Of a DNA stretch of 64,000 nucleotides, positions 24,791 to 36,010 are shown piece after piece; the first letter of the stretch is position 1; every line of letters starts with the position of its first letter. The DNA lies in assembly GCF_963921235.1 (NCBI RefSeq), contig NC_086097.1, positions 21,454,001 through 21,518,000 of the forward strand. Direction: 5' to 3'. The notes under the pieces are model-generated. The model ran no database searches, was not told where the DNA came from, and worked only from the letters and a program-made list of their open reading frames with translations. The stretch is from Mobula hypostoma. Its lineage: Eukaryota. The position numbers were made by a program, and so were the translations under genes.

Positions 24791-24864
24791 TAGCGCCTGA
24801 ACAGGGATTTGAACCCTAGACCCCCTGATTAAAATTCAAATGCTCTACTGACTGCGCTATCCAA
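24791..24864 (-). pseudogene. tRNA-Lys(UUU) pseudogene, probably a processed copy
   Basis: Minus strand GGATAGCGCAGTCAGTAGAGCATTTGAATTTTAATCAGGGGGTCTAGGGTTCAAATCCCTGTTCAGGCG-CTA aligns without gaps to the canonical vertebrate tRNA-Lys-TTT as recalled (about 10 mismatches over 69 nt); 5' acceptor strand lost. Confidence 0.85.
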
Positions 24865-25949
24865 TAAGGAAGAATTTTATATTGGGCTGGGGCTGGGGCT
24901 GGTCTCGGATCAGTTCATGTTTTAACTTTACACTTGAGCAGACCTCTAACGAGAAGCTGCTTGTTGAAGCTGAGCATTTACAGTGATCTCCAGAACTATC
25001 ATTCTCCCTGCCAGACAACAGTCCCTGGGGCATGCTGAACACCAGCCCCTGGGTACTCTAGACCCCAGCATCATTTGTAATTGTAGGCGGTTTGATTTAC
25101 TGCAAAATTTTCTTTACAAATTGCTTTGCAAGACCTTAATTAACCTTGCGGCAGTTGGAGCTGCATCCCCTTCAGTCTCCGATGCCTGTAAACCTGAAGA
25201 TACACCATCCAGATGCAGCCTGTGGGGTAGGCCTGCTTGGTAACCAGGACTCTTTGAGCTTCAATAAAAATACTCATCATTTCATACTCGTAGTGAGGAT
25301 AAATCATTACATATTAAGATAGCTGTCAATATAACTTTGACCCCCCCCCCCACCTCTTCCCTCCTCCGCCTCCACCTTCCCGGCAACTGCAGCAAGCCCA
25401 CAGTTCCCCTCCATGATTGAGGTCGTGACATTGAGCTGCAGAATGTGACTCGGGGAAATATTCATGGCTCTTAGGCTTTAATTCCTGTCACTAATCTTAA
25501 CTCTTCACGTGCTCGCTGAGCCTCGCAGCCTTTGATCACGGTCCCCTGGGGCACGTCACAGCTACAGACCAAGCAGAGGGCTGAGTATACCGCAAACACT
25601 GAGGATCAAGGCACAACTTTATTCACCACGTACGCTCACTTGTGTTAGGAATTTGCTGTGGTGTGCCGGTCAGGGCTCGACATGCAACATAAAACAATAT
25701 TCAATAATTATATAAAAATAAAGTTAACAGTTTAAGGGGCGGATATGGAATAAAACGTGCATAAATACATTGATACCAGCATGTATTTACAATGTAAACT
25801 GTATTACAATAAATGTTTTCAAATGTTTACAGTGCAATGAAGTGACTGGCTAAATAGAATCAGATTAACTGCCTACTGCAGATCACAAACCTAAATCAGA
25901 AACCCCAAACATTTCAGTTTCGGGTGGCATGATACTGAAATTGCTTTCC

Positions 25950-26265
25950 ATTCCCAGTGATTGGATGACCAGGGTTCAATTCCCGCCTCCACCTGTAAGG
26001 AGCTCGTATGTTCTCCACGTGACCGCGTGGATTTCTTCCGGGTGCTCTGGTTTCCTCCCGCACTCCACTTGCGGATTAGCGTTAGTGAGTTGTGGGCATG
26101 TGTCTTTTGGTCTTGTGGCATGCCGTGTTGGCGCCAGAAGCATGGCGATGCTTGTGGGCTGCCCCTTGCACGTATCCTGACTGCATTGGTCGTGGATGAA
26201 AGCAACTCATTTCACGGTGCATTCTGATGTTTCGATGAACATGTGACAAATAAAGCTAATTTTTA
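25950..26265 (+). mobile_element. V-SINE-like SINE
   Basis: gggttcaattcc B-box, V-domain, gtgacaaataaagctaat tail. Confidence 0.75.
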
Positions 26266-26938
26266 ATTTTAAGTCTTTAAGCCCTTAGTTACAAATATTG
26301 ACCCATTCCAGGACTCCCTGTAAATATTGCTCCACATGTGGGACCATCCTGTAAACCTCTTTATTTACAGCAGGGGACCTCCGCAATTGCTGACACCAAA
26401 CCTGGGATCATCTCTAAATGTTGAATAGCTCCCATTACGCTGTGCATAGACTGGGATCTCTCTTGGGGATCCTTTGCAGATGCCAACACAATCCCTGGGA
26501 GCATCTGTAAACAGCAACACAATCCCAGGAACCTTCTATGACACCGACTGACGCACAAGCTGAGGACACTCCAGTTTAGACCGATGGATTCCTGTGACAC
26601 TCTGTAAACACTGATACACTTGTGGGGGACCTTTTACAACATAGAACACTGAGCAGTACAGCATGGTACAGGCCCTTTGGCCCACAGTATTATGCTGATC
26701 TTTTATAGAACATTGAGCATTACAGTACACTACAGACCCTTCGGCCCACAATGTTGTTCCAACCTTTCAACCAACTCCAAAATCAATCTAACCTGTCCCT
26801 CCTACATATCCCTTCTTTTGTCTTTTATCCAGAATCAGATTCAGGTTTAATATCACTGCCCTATGTCATGAAATTTGTTGTTATGTGGCAACAGTACATT
26901 GCAATATGTAATAAAAACTGTAAATTACAGTAAATATA

Positions 26939-27467
26939 CAGTGGCATGCAAAAGTTTGGGCACCCCGGTCAAAATTTCTGTTACTGTGAATAGCTAAGCG
27001 AGTAAAAGATGACCTGATTTCCAAAAGGCATGAAGTTAAAGATGACACATTTCTTTAATATTTTATGGAAGAAAACTTTTTTATTTCTATCTTTTACAGT
27101 TTCAAAATAACAAAAAAGGAAAAGGGGCGGAAGTAAAAGTTTGGGCACCCTGTGTGGTCGGTACTTAGTAATAACCCCTTTGGGAAGTATCACAGCTTGT
27201 AAATGCTTTTTGCAGCCAGCTAAGAGTCTTTCAATTCTTGTTTGAGGGATTTTTGCCCATTCTTCTTTGCAAAAGGCTTCTGGTTTTGTGAGATTCTTGG
27301 GCTGTCTTGCATGCACTGCTCTTTTGAGGTCTATCTCGATGATGTTTAGGTCAGGGGACTGTGAAGGCCATGGCAAAACCTTCAGCTTGTGCCTCTTGAG
27401 GTAGTCCATTGTGGATTTTGAGGTGTGTTTAGGAGTGAGGGGTGCCCAAACTTTTGCATGCTACATG
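26939..27467 (-). mobile_element. Internally deleted Tc1 transposon nested in a Rex 3' end
   Basis: TA|cagtggcatgcaaaagtttgggcacccc ... ggggtgcccaaacttttgcatg; transposase C-terminus LPWPSQSPDLNIIE..CKEEWAKIPQ. Confidence 0.88.
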
Positions 27468-27774
27468 TGTGTATGTAGGTATATGTATATATTTTATGTT
27501 AAAATAAATAAGTAGTGTAAAAAAGAGGGGAAAAAGTGAGGTACTGTTTGTGGGTTCAATGTCTGTTTAGAAAATCTGATGGCAGAGGGGAAGAAGCTTT
27601 AATGTTTAAACCCTTAGTTACAAATATCAATCTATTCCAGGACTCACTGTAAATATGCTCTACATCTGGACCCTCCTCCCTATGAACCTCTTAAATGTTC
27701 CTAATGTATCTGCCTCTAGTAGCAACCCTGGTAGAATGTTCCACACACCCACCACCTCTGTATACATTGATATT

Positions 27775-28135
27775 TTAGAAGAATGAGGGGTATCTCATTG
27801 AAGCCTGCTGAATATTGAAAGGCCTAGGTCGAGTGGATGTGGAGAGATGCTTCCAATAGTGGAAGAGTCTCTAGGACCAGAGGGCACAGCCTCAGAAGAG
27901 AAGGGTCTCCCTTTAGAACAAAGATGAGGAGGAATTTCTTTAGCTAGGGTGTGGTAAGCCTGTGGGATTCATAGCCACAAGCTCTGTCTTTGGGTGTACA
28001 TATTTGAAGTAGGTAGGTATTTGATGGGTAAAGGTGTCAAAGGTTTGGGCAGGAGGCAGGAGAATGAGACTATGGTCGAATAGTGGAGCAGACTTGATGG
28101 GCTGAATGGCCAAATGCTCCTATCCCTTATGGTAA
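27775..28135 (+). mobile_element. CR1 3' end
   Basis: Degenerate RT C-terminus and CR1 3' UTR. Confidence 0.7.
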
Positions 28136-29184
28136 AATTTGGCATTATGACATTGAAAACTGAAGAGCCTGTTTCTGGTGTTGTACTGTTCTTTGTTGCA
28201 TGATAAAGGCAAAATATTACAGATCCTGGACACCTAAAATAAAAGCAGAAATATGCTAGAAACGCTCAACAATTCAGGCTGCATCTGATGAGAGAGAAAT
28301 AGAGTTTATGTTTCCATTCTGGTGAAAAATGTCCAACATGAAGCTGTATATCTGGTGGAGTTTAGAAGAAGTGAGACAGACTTTCAGAGTATGCTGGTGG
28401 CAAGGGGCAATTTTTCCTCGCAAAGGAAGGTGGTCCTTCTGAATTAACTTCTACAGTGATCTGTGCTGGATGAGCCATTGAATGTATTAATGGCCAAGAT
28501 ATCAACCAAAATTTATGGGGAGCAAGGAGGAAAGCAGACATGAAGCCAGGATTGTGATCTTATTGTTCGACAGACTAGTTCTACGCACCGTGTGACTAGT
28601 CCTGCTTTTCTTCCTTTTGTGCTGATGATTTCCACAGACGGTGCTCTATCCGATGAACACTCCTGGCATTTTCTGTATTTACTTTATATTAATTGCACAG
28701 GCTGTCCTGAAGTTTTTTTCCCCTCTCTGTAAAAACTGGCACATTCCCTGGGATTCCCTGGAAATGCTGGTGCGCCCTGGAGGATTTCCTGATATCCGGG
28801 ACTCTGGAATCCTGGATGTGCTCGTGACGTCCTTCCCTAGGCAGTGAATAATAAGAACAGAAACAGTCAGGTTTTTTATAATGGGATTGAATCAGGCCTT
28901 TTGGCCCATTAGGTGTACTATCACATTCAAGTTTATAGTTATGGCCATGCATACCAGCATGTAAATGCCATGAAAATTAGCTTTTGCAGAAGCCACACAG
29001 TAAATTACAAACATGACAAACATAAGTTACCATAAATTTAATTTAACATAAATTATACTTAACATATACAAAATAAACAAGATAACATGAGTGCAAGTTG
29101 AGATGAAGATAAAGAAATGTAGTCCGATATAGAATTAAAATCCTTCAGGTCTGTCGAAGAACATGATGACAGTGGGGAAGAAGC

Positions 29185-29460
29185 ACAGTAGCTAAGTGGT
29201 TAGGACAATGCTTTACAGTAAAGGTGACCTGGGTTCAATTCCCGCCACTGTCTGTAAGGAGTTTGCCGGTTCTCGCTATGACCACGTGGATTTCCTTCCA
29301 CAGTTCAAAGACCTATTGGTTGGTAGGTTAATTGGTGATTGTAAATTGTCCTGTGATTAGGCTAGGGTTAAATCAGCGAATTGCTGGGTGGCGTGCTTTA
29401 AAGGGCTGGAAGGGCCTATTCTGTGCTGTATTGCAATAAATAAATAAATAGATAAATAAA
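29185..29460 (+). mobile_element. HE1/V-SINE-like SINE inserted in a Rex 3' end
   Basis: A box (tagctaagtgg), B box (gggttcaattcc), (taaa)n tail. Confidence 0.85.
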
Positions 29461-30067
29461 TATTGTTGAACCTTGATGTGTGGGTCTTCAGATTTCTGTA
29501 CCTCCTGCCTGATGCCAGCATTGAGAAGAGGGTATGGCCTGGGTGTTGGGGATCCCTCATGATAGTCTTTGCTTTCCTGTGCTCCCTTGGTAAGGGTATC
29601 AAAAGTTACAGTGGAGAAAGTAGGATAATGGAGTTGAGAGGAAAATAAACTAGCCATGATCAAATGGCGGAGCAGACTCGATGGGCTGAATGGCCTTATT
29701 GTGCTCTTATGTCTTATGGTCTTCCTGAGATATCACCACTTGTAGATTAGTCCCTTTTCCATCTTCGTTCCCTGTAACTAATTCTTTCACGTACATGCCC
29801 GTCATCTCTCTTTTTACCAATTATCCCGCCCCCAGCATGTGATGTGAGTATAAACTAGAGCATCAGGGGACACACACACTGTAACAGAGACAGTATGCAA
29901 ACTCCACTCAAACAACACCCAAGGTCAGAAGTTGAACATGGTCCCTGGCTGTACCTCCTGCTGTGTTCCATTTCTGTGCCAAATGGAGTGGAAGATCTCT
30001 ACGGAGCTGTTCAGAATCAGAATTCAAGTTCAAAATTCTGAGTAACTTTATTATGAAAGTAGGTTTA

Positions 30068-31835
30068 CACTCAGCGGCCACTTTATTAGGTACACTTGTA
30101 CATCTGCTTGTTAATGCAATATATAATCAACCAATCACATGGCAGCAACTGAAAGCATAAAAGTATGCAGACATGGTCAGGAGGTTCAGTTGTTTTTTAG
30201 ACCAAACATTAGAATGGGAAACAAGTATGTTCTAACTGATATTGACTGTAGAATGGCAGTTGGTGCCAGACGGGGTGGTTTGAGTATATCAGAAACTGCT
30301 GATCTCCTGGTATTTTCACACACAAATCTCTAGATGTAAAAAACAGAAAAAAAAACAAACAAGCACCCAGTGAGTGGCACTTTAGGTGAAAATGCCTTGT
30401 TAATGAGAGAGGTCAGAGGTGAAAGGCCAGAGTGGTTCAAGCTGAAAGGAAGCTGACAGAACTTAAATAACTACGTCTTATAACAGTGTTGTATAGAAGA
30501 GTATCTCTGAATGAACAACACATTGAAGCTTGAAGGGGATGGACTACAGCAGAAGACCATGAACATACACGCAATGGCCACTTTATTAGGTACACCTGTA
30601 CATCTGCTCGTTAATGCAAATATAAAATCGACCAATCATGTGGCAGCAACTCAATGCATAGAAGCTTGTAGACATGGTCAAAAGTTCAGCTTTGTTCAGA
30701 ACATTCACCAGAATGGGGTGAAGTATGATCTAACTGACTTTGACCATTGTTGGTGCCAGATGGGGTGTATTGAGCATCTCAGAAACTGCTGATCTTCCGG
30801 GATTTTCATGCACAACAGTTTCTAGAGAATGGTGCGAGAAACAAAAAAAACTTCCAGTGGGTGGTAGGTTTGTGGATAAAAAAGGTTTGTTACTGAGGGA
30901 GATCAAGGAAAATGACTAGATTGGCTCAGGCTGACAGGGAGGCGACAATAAAATAACCATGTGGTAGATTGGCAGCAGGCATGGTTACAGTGGCTTCTCC
31001 AGGTCAAACCAAAGGAGTAGTTATTTGTGCTTTACCTCTTTTTTTCAATTGCAAGACACTGTTGGATATTAAAAACATCAAGGCCTGCAGATCGACCCCA
31101 TCAGCGAGATGCTCGACAGTGATGGAGCTGGACTTTCTGTGTTGTTACATGAACTTGTTGTGTACCATTGTTGTGCAGAGACTGTGCGTGGTCCAATAAA
31201 TGGTGCAAATGATTCTTTTGAACACTTATGTTGTGATTACAAGATCCTTTTGGAAATTGCAAGTCCATTTCGCTGGTTCAGTGGGGAGACCGATGGCGGG
31301 GGAACTGCGTTGCCTCGGTTGTTGCACGGACCAGGCCCTCGTACCAAGGTGTTGTTGCCTGTTGCAGCCACCCAGCAGAGCAGACGCCAGAGGTGGTATG
31401 GAGAGAGCGGTGACCTCTGTGGTTGCACTGGAGCCTCGCATTGGTGCTGCCCTCCAGTATTCACTCAGTGGAAGACCAGCTCTACCAGGATAACATCCCA
31501 TAAGCCATCAATCTACAGGCCTTGCCACTCAGGGGACTTGGGCTATATTATTTGTTTGTGACTGTATGTTTTTCTGCTATTTAAACCGTACGTTCTATAT
31601 GTGATGCGTGGTGCATGCTGTTAGTACTGTGTTTTGCACCTTGGGAACACTGTTTCATTTGGCTGTACACATGCACGTGGTTGAGTGATAATTAAACTTG
31701 AACTTGTTGCCACAGTGGCGTGCAGAGGAGCCTCTCTGATTGCACAACATATCGAACCTTGAAATGGATGTGCTACAGCAGCAGAAGCCAACACTGGGTT
31801 CCACTTCTGTACCCTAATAAAGTGTACAGCGTGTC
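30068..31835 (+). mobile_element. Head-to-tail tandem Tc1-derived elements, with an unrelated insertion at ~30966-31705
   Basis: Terminus cactcagcggccactttattaggtacac at 30068 recurs at 30568; inverted end gtaccctaataaagtg at ~31811; LSISETADLL helix-turn-helix remnant. Confidence 0.75.
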
Positions 31836-32799
31836 ACTATATCCTACCTTGAGATTTATTTTCTTGCGGGCATTCACAGTAGAACAAAGAAATACAATAG
31901 GATCAATGAAAAGCTCCAGACTAAGAGTGAGAAGCAACCAATGTGCAAAAGAAGGCAAGTTATGCAAATACAAAAGATCTACAACTAATAATAAAAATGC
32001 TGAGGACATGAGTTGTAGAGCCATTGAAAGTGAGCCCATCCGTTGTGGAATCAGTTCAGTGTCCAGGTGAGTGAAGTTCAATAGCTTGATGACTGAGGGT
32101 AATAACTGTTCCAGAGCCTGGCCGTGTGGGACCTCTGTTTCCAGGAAACAGGAAAGATTTCTAGCTGAGACAGCGGTGGGTGAATCTGAGTGCATGTTCA
32201 GTTATTGAGTGATGTGCTGCAGCCAACTGGAACCATTTAAGCAGCAGAAAAGAGTTCCCACTCGACGGATTCCGAGCTTCATCTCAATTCAGTGTGCGGC
32301 ACAGATAAGCTAACTGAGCCACAATAGGCACAGTGTCAGGCGCCTGCCCGTTGCACTGGAATAATCACATGATATCGGTATAATGGGATCTGGTGGAGCA
32401 GCAGAATCCTAATGGCAAAGCTGGAGCGCCCAGCTGCATGGGCTTTCTGGCCCAGAGCTGTCCTGCCAGACAGCAATCTTCATTTTTGACAGAGTTATAC
32501 GTTTATTATCAGTGAGAGCTTCTGTTTGAAGAGCCTTTGGCTGAAATGCTGCTGCCTCTTACCCTCCGCACAGGCTGCACCCATCGCAGCGCCTCATGAC
32601 GGCTGTAATATTTGCACGTCGTCATCACTCAATCTTCTTTCGCGCAGTCAATGCTGTGATTCTGAGGCTGCAAAGACAGCACACCGGCTACGGACTGCAG
32701 AATTGGGAACTGATTTGATATTGCCGCTTGTCTTGCCGTTGTTTTGTTGCTGTTGTTCTGTTGTTTTTACTTTTTCTGTTCAACGCTGTGGGCATTGTG

Positions 32800-33165
32800 G
32801 GATCTTATTGAAACATATAAGATTATTAAGGGATTGGACACGCTGGAGGCAGGAAGCATGTTCCCGCTGATGGGTGAGTCCAGAACCAGAGGCCACAGTT
32901 TAAGAATTAGGGGTAGGCCATTTAGAACGGAGTTGAGGAAAAACTTTTTCACCCAGGGAGTGGTGGATATATGGAATGCTCTGCCCCAGATGCTTTCAAA
33001 AAAAGAGATGGATAGAGCTCTTAAAGATAGCGGAATCAAAGGATATGGGGATAAGGCAGGAACCGGATACTGATTGTGGATGATCAGCCATGATCACAGT
33101 GAATGACAGCGCTGGCTCGAAGGGCCGAATGGCCTACTCCTGCACCTATTGTCTATTGTCTATTC
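32800..33165 (+). mobile_element. Young CR1 3' end
   Basis: DLIETYKIIKGLD..RTRGHSLRIRGRPFRTELRKNFFTQ; (ctattgt)n tail. Confidence 0.88.
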
Positions 33166-33654
33166 TGTTTTGCTGCTGGAATGTGTGGTGACTCTTGTGG
33201 GCTGCCCCCAACACACCCTTAGCTTATAAGGTGGTTAAAGCAAAACAGTGCAGTCATCATTCCATTCCGGGACTTGGACCAGATATTTAACTTGGGGGCA
33301 GCGTCACCTGCACCACCCACAAGCGTTGTGAGCCTTGTCCGCACTCATCCAAAATCCAGTTAAACAACAGGGATCAAATGGATCAGTTTTTGCTCACATA
33401 CTGGCTGATTGCATTCTCCTTATCTCCAGGAAGGCATTGAGCATACACTTGGGGCATAAAATAAATTCATGCCCCAGTAAGCAAGTTCAAAGTAAATTTA
33501 TTCTCAAAGACCGACAAGCAACCGACAAGAAGGCAAACTGTGCAAATACAAAAAAGTAATAACAATGAATAAAAAAATACTGAGACCATGAGACCTTGAA
33601 AGTGAGTCCATCGGTTGTGTTTGGTGATCAGTTCAGTGTTGAGGTGAGGGAAGT

Positions 33655-33935
33655 TTTATTTTAATTTATTTTTTTGGAGATACAGACCGTTCTAGCCGAA
33701 TGAGCTGTGCCACCTTGCAGCCCTCCTATTTAACCATGGCCTAATCACAGGATAATTAATCTGACCAATTAACCTACTAACTGGTGCGTCTTTGGAATGT
33801 GGGGGGAAACCGGAGCACCTAGGGGGACCTCACGCACCCATGGGGAGAACGTACAAGCTCCTTAGATGGTGCTGGAATTGATCTCTGGACTCTGGAATGC
33901 CCCGAGCTGTAAAGGCCACTATGCTACTGTGGTAC
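33655..33935 (-). mobile_element. HE1/V-SINE-like SINE
   Basis: Reverse V-domain and tail. Confidence 0.75.
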
Positions 33936-34257
33936 CCCAGTTATCCATGATGGTTCAGAAGCCTCATGGTTGAAGGGTATTAATTGTCCCTGAACCTGGT
34001 GGTGTGGGACCTATGGCTCCTGTACCTTCTTCCTGATGGCAGCAGTGAGAAGGGAGTATGGTGGATGGTGACAGTCCTTGCTGATGGATACTGCTTCCTT
34101 GTGGCGGTTCTCCTTGTAGATATGATCAACAAAGGGGAAGGCTTTGCCTCTGATGGAGTGGGCTGTATCCACCACTCTTTGTAAGCTTTTCTGTTCTTGG
34201 GCATTGGTGTTTCTATGCCAGGCTGCGATTCAATCAGTCAGGATATTCTCCACTTTG

Positions 34258-34490
34258 CGTCTCTAGGGTGATAGGGTTGTGTTTTTGGTCCCAAAGCTTC
34301 CGAACCCTTGGTTCTTAGGTCTCTAGGGTGACGGGCTTGTGGCATTGGTCCCTAGGTCTCTAGGGTGATGAGGTTGTGGTATTGGTCCCAAAGCTTCCGA
34401 ACCCTTGGTTCTTAGGTCTTTAGGGTGATGGGGTTGTGGTATTGGTCCCAAGGTCTCTAGGATGATGGGGTTGTGGTATTGGTCCCAAGG
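34258..34490. repeat. Compound 37/60-bp tandem repeat
   Basis: ctctagggtgatggggttgtggtattggtccc recurs five times, two units extended by aaagcttccgaacccttggttcttaggt. Confidence 0.85.
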
Positions 34491-35239
34491 CTTCAGATTG
34501 CACACTTGAGAAAGCAAAACATTGGAGAAGGGACTGCTGGAGTTTGTGGTTTTGTGGGGGAGTTTATGCCAAACAGACTGGATTTCTGCTGTGAAGCGTA
34601 AATGCAATGATGGACAAGGATAGGTCCTTTGCTCCATCCACCTTGATCAATGCAAATGTCATTGCCTGAACATCAAGCACCGTCACCCTCCTCCCCGCCT
34701 AGAAACATGGATCTCCCTAGACACACAAGGAAACAGATTTTAAAAAATGCAGGCTAATTTGTATTTAAAATGAAAAGGTTAATTGTACTAGATATTACCT
34801 TGTGCCTTTGAAATGCTAATGCAGTTGGATTTTCAGAATCATCTCAGGCATTTATAACGACTTTGCTATGGTGAAGAGTTAAGAGCAAATGAGTCAACGG
34901 GCAGCCAAGAGACTGTCGTTCACGCTTTATGTACTTAAGTGCTCAAAATTATTAATATCCTGATTGCTTGACATTGAGAAAAAAAATCCATTTGTTCTTC
35001 AAACGAGATTGCCTTGCAAATGAAAGGAAGTAGAGACTTTTATCAAAACGGCAGTCCTTTGATTTTTTTTTTTTTGCATTCATGCCCTCTGCTTAAATGA
35101 GGTTCAGGCAACAAGTCCGGATGGCATTTAGTAAGGGTCTTCACCCTTAATAATTCAGTCACATAAACAATCAGAAAGTTCTTGAAAAGATCTGCATAAG
35201 AAACTTCTGTTGTTTTGAAGCATTTAACATATTATCTAA

Positions 35240-35555
35240 CGCAAACACAAGGAAATCTGTAGATGCTGGAATTTCAAGCAACACACATAAAAAATGCTGG
35301 TGAACACAGCAGGCCAAGCAGCATCTATAGGAAGAGGTACAGTCGACGTTTCGGGCCGAGACCCTTTGACAGGACTAACTGAAAGAAGAGATAGAGATTT
35401 GAAAGTGGGAGGGGGAGGGGGAGATCTGAAATGATAGGAGAAGACAGGAGGGGGAGGGATGGAGCTAAGAGCTGGGAAGTCGATTGGCAAAAGGGATATG
35501 AGAGGATCATGGGACGGGGCCTGCTGCGTTCACCAGCATTTTTTATGTGTGTTGC
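35240..35555 (-). mobile_element. 316-bp PLE-derived insertion with inverted end and HHR-like motif
   Basis: 14-bp TSD aacatattatctaa at 35226-35239 and 35556-35569. Confidence 0.88.
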
Positions 35556-35692
35556 AACATATTATCTAATATTTCTCTGGAGTTCTGATTCTACCTAATT
35601 ATTTGTCTTTTGAATCAGAATTAGTATCGAGTTTAATATCACCGTCGTACGTCGTGAAGTTTGTTGTTTTTGCGGCAGCAGTACAATACGTG

Positions 35693-36010
35693 GGCAGCAC
35701 AGTAGCATAGTATTTAGTGCAATCGCCTTTCAGCTCGGCTATCATCAAGCAGGGTTCAATTTCATCCGCTGCCTCTGAGGAATTTGTACGTTCTCCCCGT
35801 GAGTTACTTCCCTCTGGCTGCTCCGGTTTCCCCCCACATTCCAAAGATGGTAGAGTTGGTGAGTTTTGGGTATGCTGTGTTGGCGCTGGAAGCATGGCAG
35901 GACGTGCAGGTTGCCCCCGGTACAATCCTTGTGTTGGTTGTTGACGCACAGCGACGCATGTCACTGTGTGTTTCAATGCTTTGGTACACATGTGACAAAT
36001 GAAGAATATC
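35693..36010 (+). mobile_element. V-SINE-like SINE
   Basis: ggcagcacagtagcatag 5' end, B box, V-domain. Confidence 0.75.

Noticed and set aside
24791..24808. Retroviral Lys primer-binding site implying an ERV
   Set aside because: Similarity extends across the whole tRNA, and there is no adjacent LTR or gag
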